The notes: generated by a model not told the origin, from the sequence alone. Positions 14,014-25,038 are shown, counted from the first letter of the stretch. The stretch: 25,220 nucleotides of DNA from a virus (IMGVR_UViG_3300027693_000024:1-25220), one strand, 5' to 3'. Numbers and translations are program-made.

Positions 14014-15327
14014 TTATGCAGGTCTGTAAGCAAAATCAATTCCAGACGTAAGGTCTGCGCCGCTTATACCGCCTGTTTGGGGTGCATACGCACCTAATCC
14101 TAATGCCTTTTGAATCGCAGGTGATTGCATATAAGCGTATTGCATACCAAGATTACCAAGGTTTCCAATAGCACCGCCGTAGATATTGGCTTGACCAACA
14201 TCACCCGCTGCACTTGCTTGGGCTGATCCTGTAATGCCTTGCGCTTGTGCCGTACCCATGCCAGTAGCCAAGTTAGCAATGTTTGCGCCTACGCCTTGGT
14301 TAAATTGAGCCATTGTTTGACCGTAGCCAAGTTGTTGATTACCTATCATTTGATCGTAACCAAGACCTGTATTCGCAATTGCTTGACCGTAACCTAAGCC
14401 TGTCTGCGCCCCAAGACCCTCGTACCCTAGACCAGTCTGTGCGCCGAGTTGACCATAGCCTAAACCTGTTTGTGCGCCAAGCTGACCGTAACCTAATCCT
14501 GTCTGTGCCGCAGTACCCGTGGCGGCTTGCCCAATTCCTGCAATCCCTGCCAATCGGTTGTAAATGTTTTGTTGTTGACCAGTAAACCGATTAAATGCGT
14601 TTTGATAGCCTGTATTAGCATAATCCTCTGCAAACTTTGTCGCAGCTCGATCAATGTTAGAACCCCCGCCCCCAACGTTCATGCCTTGACGAATTGCGCC
14701 AAGACCTTGTTGCTTCATAAACTCATAGCCTGGGTCAAGGTTTGCCTTGAATTGTTCAGGCCCAAATGTCTGTTGGAAGTACGGAAGCTGTTGACTAATT
14801 GCACCAACACCTTGTTGCCCAACCTGCATATAAGGCTGAAACGTTTGCAACGATTCGCCACGTTGCTGACCAATTGTCGATAAAGCATCTGAACGTTGAG
14901 CATTGATAACATTTAAAGCAGCGTCTTTTGAACCATAAATGCGAGCCAATGCGTCGGTGCGCTGATCAACAAGTTGTTGCAAAGCATTTGCTCGATCCTG
15001 TTGGCCACGTTGAAGTGCATCTGATTGAGCGTTTTGCAGCTCAATAATCTGCTGCGCTCGCATACGCTGCATTTCACCAATTTGCTGCGACGCAATACGC
15101 TGTTGTGCTTCAGCCGCTTGCAATGCTGCTTTGGATTGTTTGCCAGCCGCAGATTTTGATGCTTCGCCACCGATCACAGAGCCAAGCACGTTTGCACCCG
15201 CCGAGGCTGCAATTGCAGTTACTGGATCACGCATTTCACGGTATGCTGCGCCACCTGTCGGATCACCGATAGGATGTTCGCTAGACATTGCCCGTGTTTG
15301 TTTTCGGCTGAGATAAACTTTAAACAT
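14014..15327 (-). CDS. DNA transfer/ejection protein (P22 gp7-like)
   Basis: G/A/Q-rich with AA..Q..AA..A, PY.Q.G, DPGYEF and YNRLAGIAGIGQ.A motifs. ATG at 15327 follows a GGGAG SD. Confidence 0.75.
   Translation of the reverse strand: MFKVYLSRKQTRAMSSEHPIGDPTGGAAYREMRDPVTAIAASAGANVLGSVIGGEASKSAAGKQSKAALQAAEAQQRIASQQIGEMQRMRAQQIIELQNAQSDALQRGQQDRANALQQLVDQRTDALARIYGSKDAALNVINAQRSDALSTIGQQRGESLQTFQPYMQVGQQGVGAISQQLPYFQQTFGPEQFKANLDPGYEFMKQQGLGAIRQGMNVGGGGSNIDRAATKFAEDYANTGYQNAFNRFTGQQQNIYNRLAGIAGIGQAATGTAAQTGLGYGQLGAQTGLGYGQLGAQTGLGYEGLGAQTGLGYGQAIANTGLGYDQMIGNQQLGYGQTMAQFNQGVGANIANLATGMGTAQAQGITGSAQASAAGDVGQANIYGGAIGNLGNLGMQYAYMQSPAIQKALGLGAYAPQTGGISGADLTSGIDFAYRPA
14317..14508 (-). repeat. 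Tandem 33-bp / 11-aa repeat (AQTGLGYGQLG) in the gp7-like protein
   Basis: About 6 degenerate units visible in the translation. Confidence 0.85.
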
Positions 15328-15685
15328 AATGACTCCCGTCACACTTCAATAAGATTTTATCGCTATCTTGCCCAGATTCAACAAATCCAAGCCGTTTGCA
15401 AAAATTTAACCCGTTAATATTGTCTTTTTTTACCGCTGTAACCACAAAACCATGTTTTTCAAACAATGGCTTTAATACCGCCTTAATATTGCCCCGAATA
15501 CTTGCCGTAGGTTTTTCAGCAAATCCAACGTGGATTTCATTGCCTTTGACCATTACCCCGCCAAACAACTTTCCTCGCTGTATTACAGGGATTATTTCCC
15601 AATCTTCTACCGCTTCACTAAACTCATCAAATCCAAATGGCAATCTATTTTCTACAGATTTGTAGATCATAAATAGTGCGTTCAT
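15320..15685 (-). CDS. GNAT-fold virion assembly protein (P22 gp14 position)
   Basis: EIHV...[12 protein letters not shown]-terminal GNAT-like motif. Lies just before the ejection genes. Confidence 0.65.
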   Translation of the reverse strand: MNALFMIYKSVENRLPFGFDEFSEAVEDWEIIPVIQRGKLFGGVMVKGNEIHVGFAEKPTASIRGNIKAVLKPLFEKHGFVVTAVKKDNINGLNFCKRLGFVESGQDSDKILLKCDGSHYV

Positions 15686-17121
15686 ACGCTGATATTGTTC
15701 GTTACAGTCATAATTAACGCAGGAATACTAGGCACAAAAGATGAAGCTGGGGTTGATGGCATGATGCAATCAACATCTTCAGCCGCCCACATCAACTCAA
15801 AATAACTATTTGCCGAAAGGTTGTAAACATAATTCCATGAAGTTATGGTTGCAGCGTTTGAACCGGATAAAGTTATTTTGCCTGCCGAGTCAGGTACATC
15901 AACATCATCAATTCTTGCCCAAATCCATACATCTTTTGCAGACGAACTTGTTTTATCAAGTTGTGCTGAAAACTGAAAGTTATATACACCGTCAGCAGCT
16001 ACAGTAATGCGAGTAGATTTGGTTGCGGATATTGTTGTACTTAATACCGTTTGTGACTTGTCAACGGTATACGTTCCCGCCCCCCCAGAGCCAGAAACAA
16101 ACGCAACAATGCGAGTACCCGCTGTAACACCAGTTCCGCTAATTACCTGTCCAATCGACAGTGTGCCACTTGTGACCGCTGTGACAGTCAATACAAATAG
16201 CGCAATGCTGCCCGTAACAACCGCAGTAGTAGTTGCAACCGTCACGCCATTGCTTAAATCTGTTGTATCTAAAGCTAATGGGTATGGAGTATTGATAATG
16301 CCAACAACTTCGTCAGTAGTATTGTAAAACGTGCCATATTTAGGATTCTTCCAACTAGGCACACCCGCTGAAGTCATCGCCAAATACGAATTAGACGATG
16401 GCTTTGCTAACTTGGACAAAGTGTTTGTAGCAGATGCATACAAAATATCGCCAGTTGCATACGTTGATTGATTAGTGCCGCCATTTACTTCAGGCAAAAC
16501 GCCCGAAACATGAGTGGTTAGCCCTATTTTGCCGTAACTTGGCGCAACACCAACACCACCTGAAATCAACGCATTACCCGTAGCAACGTCTGCTAATCTT
16601 GATAAGGCCGTTGTGCCACTAGCAAAAATAATATCGCCAATTGTGTATGACGATAATCCAGTGCCGCCACGGGCAACAGCCAATGTGCCGCTAGTAATCT
16701 GAGAAGCTGAAATTGCAATGGCAACGTTACCCGCAACCGTCAATTGACCTTGAGCGTTTACAGTCAAAGTCGTAACAGACGATGCAGAACCGTAAGAGCC
16801 AGCCGTGACACCAGTGTTTGCAATGCTTGGAGTGATTGATCCAGCAGCGTTAGTAATTGCTAAACCAGTACCTGCTGTAAGTGTGCTAAGTGTGTAACCC
16901 GTACCGTTACCGATCAATAATTGACCGTTTGTAGGTATTGCCGTTAAACCTGTGCCGCCGTAAATTACTTCTAACGGCAAAGTTAAAATAACGTTATCAA
17001 CGTCAAAAGTTACCGCCGTAATTGTATTAACGTCAGGGTTTTGTAACCATTGAATCCACTCACGGGCTGGCCTTCCATTTGGATCAAGAAATGGGCTTTG
17101 AGGGAAAATAAGGTTAGCCAT
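15682..17121 (-). CDS. Tail fibre/needle protein (P22 gp26 position)
   Basis: N-terminal P.SPFLD..GRPAREW..WL anchor and three L.V..GGT(G/N)...Gx(I/L)(I/L) fibre repeats. Follows the gp10-like gene. Confidence 0.7.
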   Translation of the reverse strand: MANLIFPQSPFLDPNGRPAREWIQWLQNPDVNTITAVTFDVDNVILTLPLEVIYGGTGLTAIPTNGQLLIGNGTGYTLSTLTAGTGLAITNAAGSITPSIANTGVTAGSYGSASSVTTLTVNAQGQLTVAGNVAIAISASQITSGTLAVARGGTGLSSYTIGDIIFASGTTALSRLADVATGNALISGGVGVAPSYGKIGLTTHVSGVLPEVNGGTNQSTYATGDILYASATNTLSKLAKPSSNSYLAMTSAGVPSWKNPKYGTFYNTTDEVVGIINTPYPLALDTTDLSNGVTVATTTAVVTGSIALFVLTVTAVTSGTLSIGQVISGTGVTAGTRIVAFVSGSGGAGTYTVDKSQTVLSTTISATKSTRITVAADGVYNFQFSAQLDKTSSSAKDVWIWARIDDVDVPDSAGKITLSGSNAATITSWNYVYNLSANSYFELMWAAEDVDCIMPSTPASSFVPSIPALIMTVTNNISV

Positions 17122-18584
17122 TAGTTGTCACCAACCGAGGCTTTTAAGTTAGCACTGACAATCACAGCTTTAACTGGATCAGTCACTACAACCTCAAAAA
17201 TACGATCCCGTGCATAACCAAGTCTGCGCCAAATCGCTCGATTCTTATATACACCAATCTTTCCTATGCTTGTCCAATGCTCGCTCGAGTAAGTCGATCC
17301 ACCGTCATTTGACCAACGCAGCATAGCTTCTGGGTCTGAACCTTGACCATTGACTAAGCCCACACCAGGCTGAAATTGAATCTGTAGCTCATGGAAGTAA
17401 AACCGTTGCAAGTCAGAAACTAAGTGTGGACAACGACGAAGCCGACGGATCGTATTGCCGTTATCTGTATAAGTGTCTAAATCAACATCGTAAATTTTGC
17501 CGTTTTCATAATCGCCAACAATATTGTGGCCATTAAAGAAAGTGCCGCAATTTGCACGATGCCGATGGTATTCACCGTTTTCCCACGACAGCCACTTGTG
17601 CCATAACTTTGTTTGAAAATCATAAACCCAAGTTAAATCAGCGTCGGGAAAAGTTACAACATACATTTCATGCCCACGGATTTGCTGCGTGAACGCAATC
17701 GCATTGCCTACATAAACTTCTTGAATTGTATTTTCTACCGCATGAGTAGACAATCTAACGTATTCATAACCGTTAATCATGCCAATCGTAGCTGTGCCTC
17801 GATCATCACGACCAACAAACATCATGGATTCAGCAAAACGGGCTGCTGAAAACGGTGCAGCAATACCATGCTGAATCATCGTGCCGCTAATGCGTTGAAA
17901 CGGGAAAGTGGTAATGGATGGAATTGTTCCACCAACATCTACCCAGATTTCCGTTGTCTTTTCGCCTAATAGATAAACTTGCCGATGGTCACACAATAAA
18001 GAAACAATCGGATCAGGTGCGCCATTTTTTGTGCCGTACAAAGCCGTTGTGGACAATTGAGAATCTAAATCCGTGTTTGCCCAATTCTGTGTGCCTGGCT
18101 GGTTATAAACCACATACCCGTCAATCACATCGCAAACCGTAGCACCTTGCCATGCACCGTCTGTAGATGGCAATGTCGCAAAGGTATTAGTTGCCGCAAC
18201 CCATGTGTATCGGTTTACACCGTCCACAATGTAAGCCGTTAACCCATCTCCCGTCATAATGTTGTCGGTAATGGATACATAGCCAGTGCTTGTTGTGAGC
18301 GTACCAATTAGCGTAGCCGCCCAAGATGTATTGACCGAATAGACATTTGTACCAGCGACTGCAACTAAAATTTGCCCACCAGATAAAGCCCGCATCCCAC
18401 GCACTTCTGCTGGCAACAATTGCGTTTTCTCAATTAACCCAGGAGTCGGATACAGGGCAACCACGCCTCGCTCACCTGGAGGCTTTACTGGGTCAATTTC
18501 AGGGAAAAAGTTAATACATTCCTGAGCATCTTGATAGATACTAGGTGCTTCGTAGCTTGCCCCAACAAACCCAAAATCAGGCAT
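17121..18584 (-). CDS. Tail hub / DNA stabilisation protein (P22 gp10-like)
   Basis: [17 protein letters not shown]...[18 protein letters not shown] and WRRLG..RDR.FEV motifs. Confidence 0.88.
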   Translation of the reverse strand: MPDFGFVGASYEAPSIYQDAQECINFFPEIDPVKPPGERGVVALYPTPGLIEKTQLLPAEVRGMRALSGGQILVAVAGTNVYSVNTSWAATLIGTLTTSTGYVSITDNIMTGDGLTAYIVDGVNRYTWVAATNTFATLPSTDGAWQGATVCDVIDGYVVYNQPGTQNWANTDLDSQLSTTALYGTKNGAPDPIVSLLCDHRQVYLLGEKTTEIWVDVGGTIPSITTFPFQRISGTMIQHGIAAPFSAARFAESMMFVGRDDRGTATIGMINGYEYVRLSTHAVENTIQEVYVGNAIAFTQQIRGHEMYVVTFPDADLTWVYDFQTKLWHKWLSWENGEYHRHRANCGTFFNGHNIVGDYENGKIYDVDLDTYTDNGNTIRRLRRCPHLVSDLQRFYFHELQIQFQPGVGLVNGQGSDPEAMLRWSNDGGSTYSSEHWTSIGKIGVYKNRAIWRRLGYARDRIFEVVVTDPVKAVIVSANLKASVGDN

Positions 18585-18594
18585 TTACAACCCC

Positions 18595-19563
18595 TTATCT
18601 AAAGCCGCCGCTAAGTATCCAACCCGCATCTTTAGCCTTGCCTGTAAGCAATACATCATCATAGCGAGCTACTGGTGCTGGCTTCATGTTTGTGCGCTTG
18701 AGTGTGGCTTTAGATTGCGCTGATAATGCGTTAATCATTGCTATTTGTGTTGAATTGCTCTTGCCATACATCGGCATTAGTCTTTCAGCCAAACACCAAC
18801 GCAATGCCATGTTAAAGCCTGGTGGCAAATTGATCGTGTTGGTCAGCGTCATAAACTTGGCAAACTGTGTATCGCAAAACAAATGCAATTCACCCTGACT
18901 TGGGTTTGGCCAAACGAAAATGTTACCTAACAGTTCAGTCGGTTGATAATAAATCGCTTTTGGCCACGGGCCTGACAGCGTTTTCAACCCAATCATTTCA
19001 TATTGATCTAACCCTAAAACAGCTACAGGATAGTCCAAGCCGCCGTTAATAATCGGCACACCGTTAGAATTCGTGTTGATCCTGACAAAAGCTGAGTTAA
19101 TAGCTGTAGGACGCTGGTAATAGCCGTTTATAGTGGTGCTAGGCACTGTTTGCGATATGCTGACTGTATAAGTACCAACTTCGTTAACGTTGCCACCTGC
19201 GCCAGTTAAAAAGCCCGTAATTGTTGTGCCAGGTGTAATGCCTGTGCCGCTTAAAGTCTGCCCAACAGCAATTGCACCGGATGCAATCGCACTAATCGTC
19301 AAAGTCGTGCCTGAAATCGAACCTGTAAATATTGCGCCAATCTGACCGCCTGGGCCAATCGTGTACTGAGTCTGCCCAGAAACCACTGGAAACACAATTT
19401 CGGTCTGATAATAGACCATCATGCCTTCATTTGACCATTGATCTAATAGATCATTAAGCATCTCAAAAGCATCTTGCGTCGCATCTGCTGTTGGAGTTTC
19501 ACCGGACTCTAATGCGCCGATGTCTTTAAGCGACCTAGAAATAATATCTAGTGGTGTTGTCAT
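18595..19563 (-). CDS. Head-to-tail adaptor (P22 gp4-like) with inserted beta module
   Basis: [22 protein letters not shown]...LNDLLDQWS and LPPG..MALRW.LAERL.P.YG. Start at 19563 (ATGA overlap) preferred over 19629. Confidence 0.8.
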   Translation of the reverse strand: MTTPLDIISRSLKDIGALESGETPTADATQDAFEMLNDLLDQWSNEGMMVYYQTEIVFPVVSGQTQYTIGPGGQIGAIFTGSISGTTLTISAIASGAIAVGQTLSGTGITPGTTITGFLTGAGGNVNEVGTYTVSISQTVPSTTINGYYQRPTAINSAFVRINTNSNGVPIINGGLDYPVAVLGLDQYEMIGLKTLSGPWPKAIYYQPTELLGNIFVWPNPSQGELHLFCDTQFAKFMTLTNTINLPPGFNMALRWCLAERLMPMYGKSNSTQIAMINALSAQSKATLKRTNMKPAPVARYDDVLLTGKAKDAGWILSGGFR

Positions 19564-19847
19564 AGCGTCCAACCCATAAATGTAGCTAGAATTGCAACAG
19601 CAAATCCGGTAATTGTTGGCAAAATCCAATCAAGCATACTTTTCATGTTCCATGCTTTCGGATCAAATCCACCCCACCACGGCATATTTGCTCGCTTTCT
19701 TTCGTAATTGTGTTCAATATTACGATATTCTGCTTGTGCGTGTTCACGACCAATAAAGAAAAATGCACCCGCAATAGCTCCTGCATACCAACCAAAAAAC
19801 GGCATGATTGCAAGTTGAATCAAAAACGCCTGTGGAATATGTATCAT
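19560..19847 (-). CDS. Small membrane protein
   Basis: 95 aa, hydrophobic segments flanking [13 protein letters not shown]...MPWWGGF. Coupled to both neighbours. Confidence 0.7.
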   Translation of the reverse strand: MIHIPQAFLIQLAIMPFFGWYAGAIAGAFFFIGREHAQAEYRNIEHNYERKRANMPWWGGFDPKAWNMKSMLDWILPTITGFAVAILATFMGWTL

Positions 19848-20983
19848 TAGAAAAATCCCATCATGCCGCTACCAGCAGGAATAAAATTCCAACCATTTGT
19901 ATTTCCTGCATTAACGTTTTCAGCACTTAATACATTACCAGCACCAGTAAGTGCATTAAAAACAGCACCGCCAGTTGCGTTAACGTCTTGAATAGTTAAG
20001 TAAGAAGTGTTGATTGTTCCGCTAGCTTGTGACAATGTTGCCGATGAACTTGCAAGAGTAGACTGTAAAAACTTTTGAGTTGCGCCTGAAGTTACAAAAG
20101 AACCAACGGTAGAGGTAACACCGTTCTTTAATTGAACCGTACCATTAGTAACGGTAAACGCTCTTGTAGAGCCTTGGGTTAAAGCATCTTGAAATGCAAA
20201 TGTTCCGCCAACACCATCAAAAGTTAATGGAAAATCTAAAGTTTTACCGTTGGATGTGATTGTTTGCGTACCAGAAGTGCCAGCAAAAACTGTTGCTGCA
20301 GAACCGCTACTCAATGTCATTCCGCTAGAAATTGTCAAATTTCCTAATATGTACCTTACTTCATTAGTAAAGTTACCAGAAAACCCAGTAAAGTTTAAAT
20401 CCTTTACATAAGCACCACCATTCCCAACGCTTACGCCATCCGAACCATTTGTAATATATAAATTTACAGCGTTACTTTCAGAGCCACCGCCTGCTGCGCC
20501 AGGTCTAAATACTCTTGTTCCAGTTGATCCGGAATAATTAGCTTCTACAAATGAAGTACCACTAACGCTAAAATTTGTCGAATTGTTAAAATTCCAAATT
20601 GTTGCGCCATTACCAGTTAATATAATTTTTCCGGACGTACCAAAGTTTATTGATCTAACGCCTGCATTAGAAGAATTTACTGAAGCACAAGTCATAATAA
20701 AATCATTTAGACTTATAGAACCTAAAGTAAAACCTATTGCTCCTACACAAGTATGATTTGCGCCAAGAGCTAATGTAACAGTCGAACTTCCTGCGTTTAA
20801 AACGTTACAAGTAGAACCCGCTGCGGTGGTGCAAGTTCCTGTGCCAGAGTTTGCGTCAAAAAATACGTTGTCAACGGAAACAGGAGCAGAAGCACCCGAT
20901 GAACCGCCTGTAGACGTAGACCAATTTGCGGTGCTACTTGCGTCCCATGTGCCAGAGCCACCAACCCAATATCTATTTGCCAT
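19847..20983 (-). CDS. Gly/Ser/Thr-rich beta-solenoid tail fibre/adhesin-like protein
   Basis: MANRYWVGGSGTWDA..T.NWS...GG..GAS.P...DNVFFDANSG N-terminus and repeated L-T-I/G-T beta motifs. Confidence 0.65.
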   Translation of the reverse strand: MANRYWVGGSGTWDASSTANWSTSTGGSSGASAPVSVDNVFFDANSGTGTCTTAAGSTCNVLNAGSSTVTLALGANHTCVGAIGFTLGSISLNDFIMTCASVNSSNAGVRSINFGTSGKIILTGNGATIWNFNNSTNFSVSGTSFVEANYSGSTGTRVFRPGAAGGGSESNAVNLYITNGSDGVSVGNGGAYVKDLNFTGFSGNFTNEVRYILGNLTISSGMTLSSGSAATVFAGTSGTQTITSNGKTLDFPLTFDGVGGTFAFQDALTQGSTRAFTVTNGTVQLKNGVTSTVGSFVTSGATQKFLQSTLASSSATLSQASGTINTSYLTIQDVNATGGAVFNALTGAGNVLSAENVNAGNTNGWNFIPAGSGMMGFF

Positions 20984-20995
20984 TATTGTTTCCTG

Positions 20996-23845
20996 TTATG
21001 GGTAGCATACATATTTAACTGCAACTTCTTCAGAAGCAACAGGATTAGAAACAATAAAACCCTCTACTTGCCAAGCGAAAAATTCTAATCTAAAAGTAAC
21101 AACACCCGCGGAATCAAACAACACAGCAACATCTGTATCTTGGATACCTGCACGATTGTAAGGTGCTGCAATGTCAGTGCTAGTCGACAAACTAAAATCG
21201 TTTCTAACTGCCGCAGCGTTCCATGTAAAAGTGCTAAATGATGATCTACCCAAAAGATTGTTTGTAGGAGTCATATACACATCTATTTTAGATGGTCTAA
21301 ATCCAACAAAAATTGTTTTGGTAGACCCAACAGCAGGGTAAATGTCACTAATAATAACTGGAGCTTCTGACACATGGCCTAAGTTTCCACGAATAAACAA
21401 AGGAAAATTTGTTGTCCAAACGTTTCCAACAGCAGAATTTAAAAACGGCATTGCCGATGGAACGTCTAAAGCATTTCCTTCGATAACAGTATTAGTAGAT
21501 AGATTAGCCCCGCCTGTTCTAATTTGCCCAAAAAGACTTGGATATTGCGCTCTATTTTCTAAAAATGTATTTGATTTAATCAAACAGTTTCGCATACCCA
21601 CGCCAGCAGACGTTCCAACAACAATATAAGATAGATCCGTAACATCTTTTACATTGCCTGCAATCGGCGTTGAGTTTATGTTAAAGCTATATCGCTCAGA
21701 GAAAGGGCCGTATGGAATGGTATAAGTATCACTACAATTTTTAAATTGATTATTAAGGACACTTGTACCCCTGTTACCAGTCATAGTGATTGCGCTGGTT
21801 TCTGTATTGGCTACGTAGTTACCATATATATTAAGGTTTTTTGATTCACCTGTTTCAATTGCTTGACCAGAAATATCAGTAACAGTACCTGTATCGAAAA
21901 CGTTATTGCAAATCGTAGCTGTGCTACCGTCAAGACTGATGTTTTGTCCTTCAATAAACACACAGCTTTCACCCCAATTTTTTACAACGTTGTTTGATAA
22001 TATTCCGCCATAGCTGGGGGAAAAATCAATAAACGAACGCTCTAAATTGTTTGCGTTATTTTTATCAATAATTGGGTATTCTTCGGGAGTAAAAAACGCA
22101 TCGCCAGCGGAGAATATACCTACTGTGATAGCTGCGCCAGGTGCGCCGCTAGTAATAACACGGGTAACAGTTAAGAATATATTTGTGGTTTGATTTGTAG
22201 TTGCATTAGGGCCAAGAATGGTATTAGTTTGAAATACACCGCTTAAATTTGTTCCTTCAATCGTAACTGTAATATTCGTGGCGTTGCCAGCAGAGGTAAC
22301 TGAAATATATCTACCGCCAAAAGCTGATAAATCAACATACCCATCGTCATTTACTAAAGTGCCATTTAAAGTTAAATTACCTGATGTGCTGGTAGAGGTA
22401 ACAATTCCATCCGCATCTTCTAAAACTGGGCCATTCCCAAATTCATGTACATATATAACGTGAAAAGGGCCATCGTTTTTGCCGCAGTAAGAAAATTGAT
22501 TCTTTTCAATAATGAAGTTTTTATTTCCTCTAGCAAAAATAGCCCTACCATATATGTTTTTAAATACACAATTTGTAATTTTGGGGCTATCTGTTACATT
22601 TAAATATATAAACGCAGGGACGCCTACTCCATAATTTGGGTTTCTACGGTTGTCTGCTACTGCACTAAAAATGTCGTATTGTCTAACACCAATAGTTACC
22701 GCTGCGCCTGGTGCTGCATTAGATGTAACGCTTGTAATTGTCTTAAAAACTTGGGATGAAAAAACAGTAGTGTTATTTGGGCCAATAACGACTTGAGTTA
22801 GTGCCGTATTAGAAAAGCTAGTTCCAACAAAAGTATAGCGAGCATTTGATGCGTTGCCAGACGATGTAATAGAAACTTTCCTGCATCCAATGCTTGTTAA
22901 ATCAACCGAAGCACCTACCACAAGCGACCCATTTAAAACTAATGCACCATTAGTGCTGTTAGATGTGCAAACGCCAGCAGGTACAGCGGGATACGATGGG
23001 CTTTCAATTTTTCCTGTTGGATTTGTTATTGCGTCATAATAGTCTGCTTGAGGGTTAACAATTGGCTCACGATTGCTGTTTTGTAACCACCTGTTGACCG
23101 CTTGAAAATTACCGTCAAATGTAATGCCTTCAAAAATAACATTAGATATTGACCGTGTAGGCGGATTAGCTGAAGCACTTGCAAACATAGTAAAGCCAGC
23201 AGCATTAGCAAAACTTTGTTGAAAAATACTTTGTCCTGCTACGCCTCGGATAGTAATGCCAGCCGTAATATCAATTTGGCTTGTAATCTTATATGTGCCT
23301 GGATTAACAAACAATTCTTTGCCATACGATGCTGTAATTGCAGCTTGGATAATTGCTGTGTCATCAGCTACACCATCGCCAACCGCACCAAAGTCTTTAA
23401 GACTGATTGATTCTTGCAATTTTTGATGGACTGTTCTGCCGACTGACCCAGCCAAGTTGCCAGCATCGTTTGATTGACGAAATCCAATTAAAGCATCGCC
23501 TTTTGCTGGATCGCTAGTGTTAGCTAAATTTGCGTAAATATTTGCGTCACTAATCGCACCGATAATATTATCGTAAGACGCAATTAACACATTTGCAGAC
23601 GTATACAAAATAAACTTGTATTCAATGCCTTCTGTCAACCAAATCTCACCCGTAGCAACCCTTCCTGCCGAATTTAATACAATTGGATTAGCATGAGCCA
23701 CTAAGCCAGTATTTGATGTATAAGTAGCAGCAGGCGTTGTTGTTCCTGCAAGGTAAGAATAAACTAACCCACCCGCAAGAGGCACACCGTTATTATCAAA
23801 AAACTGTGCGCCTGCGCCAGCGAATAAAGATAAATTGACAGTCAT
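20996..23845 (-). CDS. Tailspike / depolymerase (virion-binding N-domain plus pectate-lyase-like beta-helix)
   Basis: QFFDNNGVPLAGG..Y.AGTTTP..TY...NPIVLNSAGR N-domain, SLKDFGAVGDGVADDTA.IQAAI and I..N.F beta-helix repeats. Confidence 0.85.
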   Translation of the reverse strand: MTVNLSLFAGAGAQFFDNNGVPLAGGLVYSYLAGTTTPAATYTSNTGLVAHANPIVLNSAGRVATGEIWLTEGIEYKFILYTSANVLIASYDNIIGAISDANIYANLANTSDPAKGDALIGFRQSNDAGNLAGSVGRTVHQKLQESISLKDFGAVGDGVADDTAIIQAAITASYGKELFVNPGTYKITSQIDITAGITIRGVAGQSIFQQSFANAAGFTMFASASANPPTRSISNVIFEGITFDGNFQAVNRWLQNSNREPIVNPQADYYDAITNPTGKIESPSYPAVPAGVCTSNSTNGALVLNGSLVVGASVDLTSIGCRKVSITSSGNASNARYTFVGTSFSNTALTQVVIGPNNTTVFSSQVFKTITSVTSNAAPGAAVTIGVRQYDIFSAVADNRRNPNYGVGVPAFIYLNVTDSPKITNCVFKNIYGRAIFARGNKNFIIEKNQFSYCGKNDGPFHVIYVHEFGNGPVLEDADGIVTSTSTSGNLTLNGTLVNDDGYVDLSAFGGRYISVTSAGNATNITVTIEGTNLSGVFQTNTILGPNATTNQTTNIFLTVTRVITSGAPGAAITVGIFSAGDAFFTPEEYPIIDKNNANNLERSFIDFSPSYGGILSNNVVKNWGESCVFIEGQNISLDGSTATICNNVFDTGTVTDISGQAIETGESKNLNIYGNYVANTETSAITMTGNRGTSVLNNQFKNCSDTYTIPYGPFSERYSFNINSTPIAGNVKDVTDLSYIVVGTSAGVGMRNCLIKSNTFLENRAQYPSLFGQIRTGGANLSTNTVIEGNALDVPSAMPFLNSAVGNVWTTNFPLFIRGNLGHVSEAPVIISDIYPAVGSTKTIFVGFRPSKIDVYMTPTNNLLGRSSFSTFTWNAAAVRNDFSLSTSTDIAAPYNRAGIQDTDVAVLFDSAGVVTFRLEFFAWQVEGFIVSNPVASEEVAVKYVCYP

Positions 23846-23854
23846 AGCAATCCT

Positions 23855-24217
23855 TTAAAAACCAAATACTTTACTTAACAATTGCCATTTAGATGCTGTT
23901 GCGTTCCAAATGAAACCAACATAATCATATTTACTTGCGCCAGACGATGTTGTAGGCAAATTCAAATCCGTAGAAGCTGCAAATACAGCGTTCCATGAAA
24001 AAGTCTGCACGTTTGTAGATTGCAGCCTAAAAATGAATTTTTGACCTTGAGCTGGTGATCCAGTAGGTGCGTTAATTGTTAATGTTCCAATTGCTTGCGT
24101 ATTTGTTTGAATAGCAAGATCAGTCGTATTAACGTTGATCGTAACCGATGCTGCGTCAGGGATTGTTGTAACCCGTGGCGCAACATCACTATCAGCTAAA
24201 GCAATTGCTCTTAACAT
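23855..24217 (-). CDS. Putative virion protein (fibre-tip-like beta sandwich)
   Basis: LTINAPTGSP..GQK.IFRL...TFSWNAVF...LPT....K.DYVGFIWN...KW pattern. Confidence 0.6.
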   Translation of the reverse strand: MLRAIALADSDVAPRVTTIPDAASVTINVNTTDLAIQTNTQAIGTLTINAPTGSPAQGQKFIFRLQSTNVQTFSWNAVFAASTDLNLPTTSSGASKYDYVGFIWNATASKWQLLSKVFGF

Positions 24218-24219
24218 AA

Positions 24220-24552
24220 TTACATCCCCTCGCCTGGAGTAATCTCAAACGCTCCAACTGCATCAGCTTCAAACCAAGCATTGCCTGGCAATCCACCAAA
24301 CACTTCAACGGACAATGGCAACATACCAATAGTATTAGCCGATGGATTTCCCGCTGTCGGTGCTGTCACAGTAATACTTTGAGTTGCATCGCCTGGCTGT
24401 GGTGCTTTCCATGAAAAATATTGAGTTGTACTCAACATATTTTTTATCCGATAGCTAGTAGGCTGATTGTTATTGGATGAAGAAACTTGCACCGATGATG
24501 TTCCAACTAAAACTGTTGGCCCAAATGGTGAAAATGGACTGTTGTAAGCCAT
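24220..24552 (-). CDS. Putative virion protein
   Basis: 110 aa, AAAGGA SD, ends ITPGEG. Lies in the structural module. Confidence 0.65.
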   Translation of the reverse strand: MAYNSPFSPFGPTVLVGTSSVQVSSSNNNQPTSYRIKNMLSTTQYFSWKAPQPGDATQSITVTAPTAGNPSANTIGMLPLSVEVFGGLPGNAWFEADAVGAFEITPGEGM

Positions 24553-24569
24553 GATAATCCTTTTTTAAG

Positions 24570-24601
24570 AAAAAAAGCCACCCAATTTACTGAGTGGCTT
24601 T
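24570..24601 (-). terminator. Intrinsic terminator after the head genes
   Basis: Minus strand AAAGCCACTCA-GTAAAT-TGGGTGGCTTT followed by further U residues. Confidence 0.8.
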
Positions 24602-24618
24602 CTTAACGTTTTGACTGT

Positions 24619-25038
24619 TTAATTAAACGTCAAATCGTAGCCATAAACAAACACATCGCAAGTTGCCGCAGCACCTTGGGCAACCGCTACATTGAAGTAG
24701 AGTTTTTGCCCTGCTTGAGCTGCTGTGCTTGCAACGCTGCGTTGTGACACAACCGATGCAGAGCTACAAGCCGACAATGCTGCGTTTGCAACAATTGCTG
24801 TACCGCCCGCAGCAGGGGCTGTAAACAGTCCTGCTTCAGCCGTTGACAGGCTGATGCTTGCATTGGTCACGATAACGTTAGAAACGCTGTAGCTAGTGGT
24901 GTTGATGATTTGCAAAACGGTATCGCCAAGAGCATTGACGTTCACGCTTTGAAACGATGCAAGCAAACGAATTGCTTGGTTAGTACCCGCAACCTGTGGG
25001 TGCGAACTAATGGTTACTGCTGGGCCTGGATTCGACAT
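24619..25038 (-). CDS. Putative capsid decoration/minor head protein
   Basis: 139 aa, Ala/Ser-rich, directly after the coat gene and before a terminator, AAAGGAA SD, ends DVFVYG. Confidence 0.6.
   Translation of the reverse strand: MSNPGPAVTISSHPQVAGTNQAIRLLASFQSVNVNALGDTVLQIINTTSYSVSNVIVTNASISLSTAEAGLFTAPAAGGTAIVANAALSACSSASVVSQRSVASTAAQAGQKLYFNVAVAQGAAATCDVFVYGYDLTFN

Noticed and set aside
14317-14508. 33-bp repeats as a CRISPR array or DGR repeat
   Set aside because: Contiguous in-frame coding repeats with synonymous variation, no spacers, and no cas or reverse-transcriptase gene in the window.
19564-19629. N-terminal extension of the gp4-like ORF in the ORF track
   Set aside because: It overlaps the upstream gene by about 70 bp. 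The ATGA-coupled ATG at 19563 gives a typical N-terminus.
10146-23410. Short antisense or alternate-frame ORFs within structural genes
   Set aside because: Fully nested in well-supported virion genes, with non-protein-like composition.
24199-24216. TGTTAAG half-site at the start of the 120-aa gene
   Set aside because: The second half of the palindrome is absent and it is explained by the codons ATG TTA AGA.
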